DNA of 64,000 nt from Takakia lepidozioides. Taxonomy: Eukaryota; Plantae; Bryophyta. The stretch lies in NCBI GenBank assembly GCA_030704615.1, contig CM060733.1:11160001-11224000 (forward strand), given 5' to 3'. The notes beneath the pieces are model-generated. The model had not been told where the DNA came from. It searched no databases and saw nothing but the letters and a program-made list of their open reading frames with translations. This document shows positions 1-12,461 of this stretch, piece by piece (position 1 is the stretch's first letter; the number at the start of each line of letters is the position of its first letter). A program made the position numbers and the translations under genes.

Positions 1-678
1 CTTTGATGCGCGCGCCTGACTCCCAACCTAGCCGCCCGGGCCAACTTGGAGCTTCGGCTGCTCACCGAGACATAATGGTCCCCCTTCGCTTCCCTCTAAA
101 CCCTCCACCTAATTGGGACTAGGAGAATTCCCTTTGGTAGATGGCAGTCCGGAACAGCTCCCCACTCTTTGGTCGCTTTCCGGCTCGCTCGCTTACTCAC
201 TAGTTTTTGGTCACCACCGAGCTTGCACCGTTCTCGGGGTTACTACTCCCTATATATACTTCTGTAGCTGTCCGCGGGGGTTTCATAACCAGCCATGCCA
301 TTTTATGGCGAACCACCACGAAAACCCTCGACTCCCGGTGATGAGTCGCGGTGAGTCTTGGCCCACTCATCACGGCCCCTATGGACCGTGATGAGTCCCA
401 AGACTCCCCACGACTCCCACCACGAGGTCTCCACCCCCATGGTGAGTCTTATGCCACCCCCCACTAAGTCCCGCTAAGCTACCACCACCCCTTGTGGAGC
501 CACCCCCACCGCAACCCGGTGTGCGGGGCTCCACCTAGTGAGCGCCTCCGCCTCCTTGAGTGCCTTGGGCACTCAAGGGTGCTTCAGCCCCCCATACCTA
601 TCGCTGCCGATGCCCCCACTACAGGGGCAGCCCCTCATGTGTCCCGATCCCCTGCCCTCAAGGCAAAGGGCCGCGACA
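1..678. mobile_element. Probable LTR of another retrotransposon nested inside the 3' LTR of the Tcn1-like element; runs off the window
   Basis: Ends in ...CCGCGACA exactly where similarity to the 6332-6962 LTR begins (TTGAACTG at 679). Has a TATATATA box near 251 and GTGAGTC-type repeats. Confidence 0.55.
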
Positions 679-1045
679 TTGAACTGATGTTGGCGAGACT
701 GAAGAGTGTCCAGTCTCGCCTCCTATATATACTGGCTACTAAGAAGCTTCCCTAAGAAGTTTTCCCTATGGAGGTTTCTTGCTGGAGAAGTTTAATCCAA
801 GATTAAACAAATGTTTCTTGATGGAGAAGCTTCCTTAAGCAAAGGAGATATCTTGATGGAGAAGTTTCCTCCAAATGAAGCTTCCAGAGCAATTTCCCAA
901 GTTACTCTTAGTAATTTGATAAACATCCGGTAATTTGGTAAATAGTGGTAAATCATGGTAAATCATGCTAATTTTCGGTAACAGGATAACTTGGTAACTT
1001 CTGGTATTTATTCCTGGTAAGTTCCTCTTGGCTATGTCCGTGACA
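679..1045 (-). repeat. 3' LTR, partial (interrupted at 678)
   Basis: Diverged direct repeat of ~6580-6962, ending TGTCCGTGACA. Polypurine tract adjacent at 1046-1060 (minus strand TAGAGGAGAGGGTGA). Confidence 0.9.
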
Positions 1046-1214
1046 TCACCCTCTCCTCTAGCGCCGAGTTCCTCGAGGAGCGGTAAAATCTTGGACTTAC
1101 TTAGAGTTGGAGAAAATCCAAAATCCGACGAATGATACTTGCCAAGTATTCGGCTCTTCGTTCTTGACTCAAATGATTTATAGGTCTCTGCAACCATCGA
1201 TAGTGTCCAACACC

Positions 1215-1307
1215 CTAGGGCCCACCCCTGAAAAAGGGCAGTAGCCGCAAGGCGAAGTGACTCTTAGTTACGCCGGCCTCGGCCGGAGTCTTCTCTCTCT
1301 CTCTCTC
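1215..1307 (+). mobile_element. 93-bp SINE-like or LINE-3'-end insertion with (CT)n tail
   Basis: Flanked by the 11-bp direct repeat TGTCCAACACC (1204-1214 and 1308-1318); ends in (CT)n; several hairpins. Confidence 0.7.
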
Positions 1308-1752
1308 TGTCCAACACCTTGAACTTGGGACCACGCAGTGATTTGAGCATTCTGATTCTCGAAGCTGCCTTTAAACATGATTTCGTTGTCATCTGCGTCC
1401 GAAACCTCAACCTCCAACAGAATTATCAGACTTCGAGTAGGCTCCACTTGCCGTCGTACGGGGTCCAGACGAGGAAGTACGCGTCGCATTGGTGGCCCAT
1501 CATCTTGAGAGCGTCGACGTGATGTTGAAGGTCGTGAGAGTCGGAACGGCTGATATGATAGCTGGGTAAGCGACAACTCCAATGAATCTGGTTCATGTGA
1601 CTCCATACTGTCAATACAAGATGCAAGAGTGCTAGAAGTGTAGCTATATATACTGATGTGTGGTGCTCCTCCCTCATTAGCGTGTATCAGGTACATTGAA
1701 TGTTGAGTCTTCACCTTGAAGCTAACTTAGCTGACATCATCATTGTGACGTC

Positions 1753-4700
1753 TTATTGACTTGTAACTCGGGGCTTAGCTGGATATCGTTGATGAAACTC
1801 TTGGACTTTGTCAGATGCATTGGCGAGGTTGGATGAAGGTTCCCAAGTTCGTTCGCTGATGTCGTAGCCTTTCCAATGTATGAAATACTCAAGACGTTTA
1901 TACTTGATGCAAGAGTCTAAGACTTCGTCGACTTCATACTCAATTTCCTGATTGACTTCGATTAGTGGAGGTGGTACGAAGACTCTCCCTGGAATATTCG
2001 ATGGATGATACAACTCCAATAATGAAACATAAAAGACTGGATGGATGCGCATACTTCGTGGGAGTTCAAGCCGAAAACTGACTAGATTTATTTGTCGAAT
2101 AATTTTGAATGGTCCCAGGCGTTGATAATCCAACTTCTTTGATGGTCGCAAAATTTGTATGTCCCGTCGAAGAAGCCACACACGATCTCCGACCTTGAAC
2201 TGGGATTGGAGTTGACGACGTTGATCTGCATAATCCTTGTATTGTTTTTGAGCTTCTGCGAGGTGGAATATAAGCTCTTTGTGAATCATGGCAAGATGAG
2301 TAGCAAGGTTTTCTGCAGCAGGGTTTCCAACAGTCTTCATGTGGAAATGGTGTGCTCGAGGATGATGACCATAATTGGAGAAAAATGGAGTTTACTTGGT
2401 CGAAGAATGCATACTGTTGTTGTAGGCAAACTCAGCCAATGACAGAAAGTCCGTCCAATTATCTTGGTGATAATTTATCGTACAGCGAAGATACTGTTCC
2501 AAAATTTGGTTTACACATTCGGTTTGACCATCAGTCTGTGGATGATTAGCTGTAGAGAGGTCGATCTTAGTATCCAATATGTGAAATAATCCCCTCCAGA
2601 AATTTGATATGAACTATGGTCCTCGATCAAATACGATGTCTTTCGAGAGTCCATGAATGCAGTAGATATTATTGAGGAAGAGTCTTGCAGTTTCCTCGCC
2701 GGTAACCGTCTTATTACATGGAATGAAATGTGTCATCTTCGTAAAACGATCTACAATAACAAGGATTGAATCGGTGGTCTTGGAAATTGGAAGGTCCGTA
2801 ATAAAGTCCATAGACACGGACGACCATGGACCCTTGAGAATGGGTAATGGTTGAAGAAGGCCGTAAGGTCGATGTCGTGGTCCCTTTGCTCTAGCACACG
2901 TGTCGCAAGATTTTATAAATTCTTTCACGAGTTTCCACATCTGTGGCCACTAATAGTCCCTGGATATCAATTCCATTGTTTTGTTGAAGTCGAAATGTCC
3001 TACAGCCGGAAGATCATGACATGTTTGAAGAATTCAAAGTCGTATAGGTCCTGGAGGTACATAGAGAAGTCCCTTGAAATAAAGTAATTCATCTTTGAAT
3101 TCGAAGTCGTTTGTAACATGTGGGTTATCTCGAGGTCGATTTAGTTTACTTCGTAGTGTCGTGGCAAATTGGTCGTTCTTCAGTGCTTCTTGGATCTCCT
3201 TTATGATCTCTACATCGTCATAGGTGGACATGGATAGCATATTCACTTGGAGATTTGCTGGTTTCAAGATGACGGATTTCTGTTGGTCAAAAGTTGCATC
3301 CCCTTCTTTTGGCGCAAGATACGATCGTCGAGAAAGAGCATCTGGTTTTCCTTGAAGATATCTGGGACGGTAGGTAATAACAAAATCAAACCTTGCTAGT
3401 GACATACTTCATCTCGTTTGACGTCAATTCAAAACACGAGCACTCATAAAATACTCGAGGTTTTGGTGATTGGTATAGACTATGACTTGATGTTTAGCTC
3501 CCTCCAATAGATGACGCCACTCCTCAAAAGCATCAATAATCACTATAAGTTCTTTGTCATGGATTTCATAATTGATCTCCGCAGCGGAAAATTTGCGAGA
3601 ACGAAAACCAACAAGATGAAGTCGACCAGTTGTACCGTATTGAAAGAGTACCGCGCCAAATGCAAAGTTCGATGCATCTGTTTCCAAAAAGAATGGTTTA
3701 GATGGGTCTGTATGTACCAGTATTGGAGCCGTTGTGATTGTCTGCTTCAATCTTTCAAATGTTTGGTCAGCCTTCTCGTCCTATATAAATTTGTCCTTCC
3801 CTGTGAGTCGTGTCAATGGTGCAGCAATTTTGGAGTAGTCCTTGATGAAGATTCTATAGAAATTTGCAAATCCTAGAAAACATTGTACTTCTCGGACCGA
3901 AGTTCGTTTAATCCACTCGATGATGGTTTGTATTTTCTTCTGATCCATAAAGACTCATTTATCGAAAATAATATAGCCCAAAAATCCGACTTCAGATTGG
4001 TGGAAAAAACATTTTTCCAACTTGGCGTATAGTCATTTTTTTCGTCAATTTATCAAGGATAAGGCGTACATGGCGGCCATGTTCTTTTTCATTCTGTGAA
4101 AATATCAAAATGTCGTCCAAATAGATGACTACAAAGTCATCTAAGAATTCTCGAAAGATGTCATTCATCATATGTTGGAAAATTACTGGAGCATTTGTAA
4201 GACCGAAAGGCATAACACAGTATTCAAAATGTCCATACCTTGTTCGAAAAGTTGTTTTCCATTTAGCTCATTCTTTTATCCGTACAAGGTTATAAGCTCA
4301 TCTCAAGTCAATTTTGGTGAAAATCTTCGTTCGTCCCAGTTGGTCGAGAAGCCCAGAAATCAGCGGCAACGGATAACGATTCTTAATTGTGACTTTGTTA
4401 AGACCGCGATAGTCTACACACATACATAATGATCCGTCCTTCTTCTTCACAAATAAGATCAGTGCTCCCGCGGGTGATTTCGAATGTCGAATGAAATTCT
4501 TTGACAAATTTTCATCAATATATTCGGGTAAAGCAGCCAGCTCCGTCTGAGATAAATTGTAGATCGGGCCGAATGGTGGTTGAGCTCCTTCTTGCAACTC
4601 AATTGCACAATCATAAGGTCGATATTCTGGCAACATATCTGCATTTTTCTTCTCGAAGACATCATATCTTGATATTGAGTGGGTAATGTCGAAGTACCTT

Positions 4701-5280
4701 GGTCTGTTGTGGTTTTGATCGGAGTTGCATAAAGTGCAAATGTCGCGTCTTTCTTTGTAGCTCTCATGAAGGCTCTAGCTCCAAGAAATAGGGGTTGAAT
4801 ACCTTTGGTACTTTTGCATTTTTGTCTTGCCGAAATTTTTCGTGATCGCCAGTCGATGTCAGGATTATGAAATACAAACCAGGGAAGTCCAAGGATCACA
4901 GGATTCGTTGAAGACTGGATGACATTGAAAACAATCTGTGATGTTTGATTTTTAAGCTTCACTTCAAGGCGTCGAGTTTCATGGTCAATATTTCCTGATG
5001 CTAACGGTCGTCCATCGATGACTTCAACAGGGGCCGAGAATTTCTTTCTTACGAGCGTTAAATTGTGTTGCTTCGCAAAGTCTTTGTCAATAAAACACGC
5101 TAAAGCGCCCGAGTCCAAAAGTGCTTCTACGAAGATATCTCAATTTTGCATCCTGATCTTTACTGGAACTGTGAAACAACAGGGTCTGGAGGTAAAAAAA
5201 AGACTTTTTTTTAATGATGAATTTGGGGTGTCCAGCCGCATGGTCCCTACTGTGACTGAACATCTTTGTTTTCCGACCTC
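1753..5280 (-). pseudogene. pol: pol: protease, RT, RNase H, integrase, chromodomain
   Basis: [76 protein letters not shown]; broken into many ORFs. Confidence 0.95.
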
Positions 5281-6293
5281 TTTGTATCGAACACTTGAGT
5301 TGTGCCCCGAGCTTTGAATCTTCTCTTGTTGGGGCAGTTTAATGCTATGTGATCTTCTTCTCCCAAATAAAGGCATAATTCATTCGAGCGTCGTCTTTGG
5401 TTTTTTTGTGGTGTCAATGGCTTGAATCGGACAACATCAATCTGCATAGGATCATTACCGGATGTCTGATGGATCATTGTGTTTGATGTCGTAGTAACAA
5501 CGGCATGCTGCGTCGTCGACCATCCAAATCGCTTCTCTTGACGTCTTTCGAACAAACGATTATCGCATGCAATGACTTGGGTGATGAATTCGCTCAGTAT
5601 ACTCACGTTTGGCATTGTCAGCAACAAATCTTTTACATCCTCTTTTAGGCCACATCGAAACTGACTAATGAGACTCTTCTCATTCCAGTCGAGGTCGCAC
5701 GCAGGTTGTCGAAATTCGGCAGCATAAACGGAAGTTGGACGTGCTCTTTGTCAAAGATTTCGCATCTTTGTCTCTGCAACTCTCTCTCTATCATTCACTC
5801 CAAACGTTGCAGTGAACTCGGATATGAACGATTCAAAATTGTATAGTAAATGCGAATTTTTCTCTAATATCGGTGCAAACCAAGATAGGGCAGTGTCGGA
5901 TAGAAGTGTGCCCACAAATCCCACTTGAATACCTTCATCAGGGTAGCATTGTGGATGTAGTCGTAGGAACAATCGTACTTGTTGAACAAAACCGCGAAAT
6001 CTTGATCTCGTCCCATCAAATTTTTCGGGCATGCTGACCTTTGGTTCCCTTGTAATCTGTTGAAGATTTGGAAGAACCGTTGCAGTAGGATTTGTTGTAG
6101 TAGGGACTCGTAAGGTTGAAAATCCATTGTTCGACTCCTTCAACCCTGAAATTTGTTGTTGCGAATTGTTGAGAGCGTTGTCAAGATCTTGAGACTGATC
6201 AGCTTGTAGTTGGGCAATAGAGGCACGAAGTTCTTGCATCTGGAGCTGAAGACTCTGCAATGTGGCGACCATTTCCGCAAATGTGTCTTCCAT
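5247..6293 (-). pseudogene. gag: gag (retrotransposon capsid plus degenerate zinc knuckle)
   Basis: PEKFDGTRSRFRGFVQQ, DPMQID and LCLY..EDHIALNCP motifs; internal stops. Confidence 0.9.
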
Positions 6294-6331
6294 CTTAACT
6301 AACTAAGGAACAAATTTTAGTCTCGCCAAAC

Positions 6332-6962
6332 TGTCAAGGACGAGAACATGACTGAACACAAATAAGATATCAAACTAGAGGTACAAGACTAGGCAAGAAG
6401 TCAAGGTCGGCGTGGCCGTAAGCACGATGAGTAAATAAGAATCAATACGATCTTTATAACAATAAACAAGGATACAAGATATTGAAACACGACTTGAATA
6501 CTGGAATGCTGGAAACTGGACTGGAGTACCAGATACTGGAAACTGGGCTAGGGTATTGGGAACTGGAAACAAGAGTAGCTTGAACTGGTGTTGGTGAGAC
6601 TGAAGAGTGTCCAGGCTCGCCTCCTATATATATTGGCTACTAAGAAGCTTCCCTAAGAAGCTTCCCCTATGGAGGTTTCTTGTTGGAGAAGTTTCCAAGA
6701 TTAAACAAAGGTTTCTTGATGGAGAAGCTTCCTTAAACAAATGAGGTATCTTGATGGAGAAGTTTCCTCCAAAGAAAGCTTCCTGAGCAGTTTCCCAAGT
6801 TACTCTTGGTAATTTGGTAAACTCCCGGTAACTTGGTAAGTAATGGTAAATTATGGTAGATTATGGTAAATCGCCGTAAGTCATGGTAACTTCCGGTAAT
6901 ATGGTAACTTTGTAACTTCTGGTATTTACTCCTAGTAAGTCCTCTGGGCTATGTCCGTGACA
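6332..6962 (-). repeat. 5' LTR (631 bp, TG...CA)
   Basis: TGTCAAGG...CCGTGACA termini; matches 679-1045; PBS directly adjacent at 6319-6331. Confidence 0.9.
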
Positions 6963-7273
6963 GTAAGCAGCAGGATGCATCCATCATGGTGAATTTACAA
7001 GGTCGAGTAACACCAACAACAACAAGAAGCTACACATAATGTGCTTGAACAAAAAGCTATAGAGAATGGGCTTCCACCAGAAGAACACATGATCTCATTT
7101 TATTTGTGACAATTTCCATTGTGAGTAAAAGCCATTATATTATGCTTACTTTCAAATTAGTTGTCACTCCATCTTCAGTAGAATCAAGAGGTTGAATTAG
7201 TAGGAGCACAATCATTGGTAAAAAGTATAATTGTAACCTCATAAATCTATGTGAACAGTAAATTTAGGTTCAC

Positions 7274-7800
7274 ATGTGGCAACATCAGATGAGGGGAGGA
7301 AGAGGGCGTGGAAGAAGAGGGGGACAACAACAAGATTGTCAAAGGCAGCCACGAGGCCAAAATTGTTATTACCTTAAGATTATGGCTCTCATCATTGCTA
7401 AAAAAGATGAGCATGCTGCTACAATGAATGTTGCAGATGTTCGGATGTTAATGGCTTCAACTGCAAGCACATGGGATCGAATCTTTCAAAAAGTGATGTC
7501 AAGTGGAACATGGACTGCCCACAAAGATGGGAAAGCATGCAAAGAAAAGTAGAAGCCATTGTTGAAGCATTAATTTCGACAAATTTTTGATTACCATAAA
7601 GGAACATGTCATAATAGTGAATACTGAAATCTAACAGTATTAGAGAATGTGGAGTACACCTTACCAAGAACCTTCGACAATGTGATATACAAGCTAATGG
7701 AGTCTTTCCAAAAAAACCTACCCTTTAATAACACAACCCACATCTGCGACTTTATGCTAGATGAAGACAATGCTCACCACATCGGAGTACTTGAAAATCC
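7274..7800 (+). pseudogene. Myb/SANT (trihelix)-like DNA-binding protein remnant, probably DNA-transposon derived
   Basis: ALIIAKKDE...WDRIFQKVM...KDGKACKEK* followed by a LPRTFDNVIY segment, as in trihelix-type Myb domains. Confidence 0.5.
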
Positions 7801-7899
7801 ATACACGCCCAGTGGTTCATTCTTGGACTTGCTCCAAAATCACATGTTGAACACCCCTATTGCTGACTCAGAGAATGTTGCTGCAACATAAGACAACAG

Positions 7900-8645
7900 T
7901 ACACCAGATCCAAGTGTTCTCCACATCCTTAACCAAGGCAAACCCATGACTGACTATGAGGGATTCAAAGATATTTTCAAGCGGCGAAAGTAAAGAATAC
8001 TCCAAACAAACACTGGTCCGATAACAACGGCTAGTAGATGGCGGAATGCATGGATTCAGAAGTCTTGCAAACCACCAGGGAGGCTGTGAAGGCATCTATG
8101 TACATTTCAGTACTATGCGATGAGGTAACCTCAATTGATAACAAAATTGGGCATCTGATCAAGTTTATTGTATCCAAAATTGGCGAAGAATACCCATACT
8201 GGTCACATTGGAGAAACTTGGAGATGGTGCAAATGCGCCGGATGCATTGAAGAGAATTATAGTTGAAGCCCTCTTGATTGGTGGAGGTCCGACGAGAGAT
8301 AAATTGGCTTCCCAAATTTTGCCACAGATTGGTAAGAGGATTCAGCTCAATGGGCTTTTCTAGAGCCATAACACAATTGTTCTTCATCGTCATCTTAAGC
8401 AAAGAAGCTTGCAAGTCCAAATCTTGAGCATTCAAATGAGTTGGAACAGTCATATTACCAGCCCGCTTAGGAGAGCAATATGTCACTTTGATGACATTGA
8501 GATGGTGAAGATATCTCATGTCAGCATCATGGTGTGTCCAAAATTGGGGGTATGCAATACCCATATAGCCTCCATGAGATTTCGGGCTGGAAAACATCGA
8601 GCTTCCAACTTCCTTACCAGTTATGCTGTTGCATCCTTACACTGA
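7900..8645 (+). pseudogene. hAT-type (ZNF862-like) transposase remnant
   Basis: KHWSDNNG*.MAECM...YISVLCDEVTSIDN motif; frameshifted. Confidence 0.6.
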
Positions 8646-8668
8646 GTCTTGACATCAGCCAACACCCT

Positions 8669-11600
8669 TGTAACACCCAGGATCTACACAAACTAGAATA
8701 GAAGTACTTCTCAACTTTTTCCCAAAACAACTTGATGTCTTTTAGGCTTTCATTGCAGGTTTATATACCCTTCACAATATGATTATTTTAAAGGTTTGAC
8801 TTGAGAGCTTCAAGTCAAAACTTCATAAAGTCAACCTTCTTAGGTTTGACATATTCTCCACAATATGACTTTATCAAATATACTTCCTAAAGTCAACCTT
8901 CATAGGTTTGACATATTCTCCACAATATGGCTTTATCAAAGATTTGACCTACTCTCCATAATATGAATATCTTAGAGGTTTGACTTGAGAGCCTCAAGTC
9001 AAACTTCCTTAGGTCAAACTTCTTAAGAACCTTCCTAATTATTCTGGAAACTTCTAGGGAACTTTCCTCCTCCATCTAGAACCTTCTAGATTCTACCTTG
9101 TTATAATACTCCCCTCTTTCAAGAAGCAACGTCCTCGTTGTTCGAATTGTCGAAAACTTGAATTGTCAATTGAGCATTTGCGAGATTTTGCACCGGTTCC
9201 CACGTAGCTTCATGTAATGGAAATCTTTTCCATAAAACCAATTACTCCAACACCTCATGTCGCCCTCGTCTGTATGTGCGTTTTTTCAGAACACGGTCGA
9301 CCTCCCACTCTTCATTTCCGTCTGGTAAAGGTTGTGGTTCTTGATTATCTTTGAATATTGATGGTCGAGGTTCGTAACGACGTAGTAGAGAAACGTGAAA
9401 CACCGGATGGATCTTTATATGTGATGGTAACTCCAGCTTGTATGCTACTGCTCCAATATGTTTAATGATCGGAAAATGACCAATGAACCGTGCCTCTAGT
9501 TTTCGCGATCCAATGATGTGTAAGTTGGTTGTAGACAACCACACTTGATCCCCAACTGCAAACTCCTCATCCTGTCGACGTGCATTTGCATACTGCTTTT
9601 GGCGATTTTGGCCAACCATCAACTTCTCTTTAACTTGACGTACTCCTCGTCGAATTTGTTGCACAAATGCATTAGTCGCAGCTACCTTGGATAACTCCTC
9701 ATTTGGTAACTTGAACTTTGTAAGAGTTGTTGGCGCATTTGGGTGTTCGTCATACATTAAAAAGAAAGGAGTTTCTTTTGTTGACGCGTTGACCGAGTTA
9801 TTGTATGAAAATTCTACCAATGGTAATAACCAATCTCACTCTTCTTGTTCTTCTAACGTAAAGGCCTGCAACATGTCTTCAATTGTACAATTCACTCGCT
9901 ATGTCTGTCCATCTGACTCCGGATGATAGGCTGTTGACATAGCTAATTTGGTTTTAAAAATACCAAATAAGCTTTTCAAAAACAAGCTAGTAAATTGGGT
10001 ACCCCTGTCAGTAATGAGAACTTTAGATAGCCCATGATGGGAATAGACTGCTTCCAGATATAGTCGAGCTAGTTCAAGTGTAGTGACGGATTTTCTAGTG
10101 GGACGGATGTGCATCATCTTACTCAATTTGTCTACAAAGACCACTATAGTGTCGTATCCCGATGAGGTTTGAGGTAACTCACAAACTAAATCCATGCTCA
10201 TATGTTCTCATCGTCTGTTTGGTACTGGTAGTGGTTGTAAACGACCTACTTGGCTTGCGGTTTGTTGACTTGTTTTGTTGGCATTTCATGCAACTTCGAA
10301 CGTACACCTCCACCTCGTCTCGCATCCGCGGCCAATAAAATGTTCGTTTTAGTTGTTCGAATGTTTTTTCAACTCCAATATGTCATGCTATCGCCGTATC
10401 ACGAGCTTCAAACAAGACTTCTGTCTTTAATGCAGGTTCATCAGGGATCCAAAGTTTACCTTCTTTGAATACCAACCCTCGAACTTCTGTCACTTTGCCC
10501 TTCTTCTTAGCGTCCACGATCTCCCCATCATCTTTAGAAGCCGTCGCTATTTTGTTCCACCAATCGGGTTGAATGTTGATTTCTGTCAATGTGTTCATGC
10601 GCGGCATCCTTGTCATTGCATCCGCCAATTGCCGTTTTCCCTCCACATAGACGATTTTCATGTTAAATTGTTGTCGTCACTCCGCCCAACGAATCTGTCT
10701 CTTCAATAAATCTTTCAGTGTCTCCAAGTACACCAACGGTTTATGGTCTGTCTCCACTATGAACTTTTTGTCTCCAAGATAATGTTTCCAATGTTTTGTA
10801 GCCAAAACAATAGCCAATTCTTTTCGTTTGGTTGTATGGTAATTTTGTTCCGCATGTAACAATTTGCGAGAAAAATATGTCACTGGGTGCCATCCGTCTT
10901 CCCGTTCTTGTTGTAACACCCCACCTACTGCTGAGACTGACGCATCTACCGAGAGCTTGATTAGTCTTATCGGATCATACCATTTCAAGATCGGGGCATA
11001 AAGCAACGCATCTTTTAAGGCCTGAAATGCTAACTCATCTTCTATACCTCACTTCCATCTAATTCTTTTGCCCAAAAGATTTGTCAATGGTTGGGCAATC
11101 TTTGAGAATGCCCGTACAAATCGTCTGTAGAATCCGGTAAGGCCAAGAAAACTCCTTAATTGGGTAATGTCTTCAGGGGCTATCCACTGCTGAATAACTT
11201 TTATTTTCTCACTCATTACCTCAATTCCCTTCCTACTCACGCGATGCCCAAAATAATCTATTTTTTGTTGTCCAAAATCACATTTAGATGCTTTGGCATA
11301 TAACTGATTCTCACGGAGAACTTGTAATACTTGTTTGAGGTGATTTCTATGCTCGACAGGGTTGTTACTATAGATCAAAATATCATCTAAAAAGACTATC
11401 ACAAATCTATCTAAGAATGGACAGAAGATATCATTCATAAGGCCCATGAATGTGGCTGGGGCATTGGTGAGACCAAATGGCATAACCATGTATTCAAAAT
11501 ATCCATACCTAGTGCGGAAAGCGGTCTTATATACATCTTCATCAGCAACTCGAATTTGGTTGTATCCACTCCTCAAATCAAGCTTCGTAAAATATTTTGC

Positions 11601-12461
11601 TCATCCTAGTTGGTCAAATAAATCATCAATGTGTGGTAACGGATACTCTTCACAAACAATACCGGCGCTCCATACGGGGATACACTTGGTCTTATAAAGC
11701 CCTTTGATAATAGGTCCTCGACTTGAGCCTTACATTCTTCCAACTCGTTTAGTGCTAATCAATAAGGGACTTTACAAGAATGAGTACTATTTGGAACAAC
11801 CTCAATCTTATAATCTACTTTTCTCTTTGGCGGAAGCCGTACTGGTAGGTCATCTGGAAAAACATCTTTGAACTCTTTCAATACACTCTGTAATTCTATA
11901 GGAACCTCACTCATGTTTTTTTTTGGATTTTTCACGTCTCTTATTAAACCTACAAATAATACGTCTTTCTTACATATAGTTGTAGTACCTATAACAAATG
12001 ATGGTAGGTTTCGATATGGTGTCCTCACTCGATCTCCCTATATTTTCCAATTCTGGGTTTTGACTATCTTTCGACGCCAATCAACATCGGGGTTGTGAGA
12101 TTCCATCCAAGGCATGCCTAATATTACGTCATATCGAGCCAGTCTGACCACTCGTCATTCTAAGGTTTCTCTATATTTATCGATTGACAACTCTATGCTT
12201 TTAGGTAGTGTCTCAATGGCCTCTGTATGTCCATTTGGCATTTCTACTTCCTCTCTTTCATTCTTTCTAAGGGGAGTCATAGTTTCAAGGCAGCCTTTCT
12301 AGATAAGAAGTTTTGTGTTACCCCAGGGTCTATCAACACTCTCACATAAATACCTTCCAAGGTTCCATCTGCCACAATTACTGGTTCAATAGAACGTGTA
12401 TACCTTCGTCGTATCTTGATAGCGTCCCTTCAATCTTTTGGGCCAATGAAATTGCTTCGTG
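8669..12461 (-). mobile_element. Second degenerate Ty3/gypsy chromovirus (3' LTR 8669-9108 plus pol), cut off on its 5' side by a CACTA terminus
   Basis: LTR starts TGTAACACCC with PPT at 9109-9120. LIDPG protease, [24 protein letters not shown] RNase H, HPESDGQT integrase, WEVDRVL chromodomain. Confidence 0.9.

Larger units (their letters stand above)
679..6962 (-). mobile_element. Degenerate Ty3/gypsy chromovirus (Tcn1-like) LTR retrotransposon
   Basis: Two LTR copies, PPT, PBS, and gag plus PR-RT-RH-IN-chromodomain fragments in gypsy order, with many stops and frameshifts. Confidence 0.95.
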
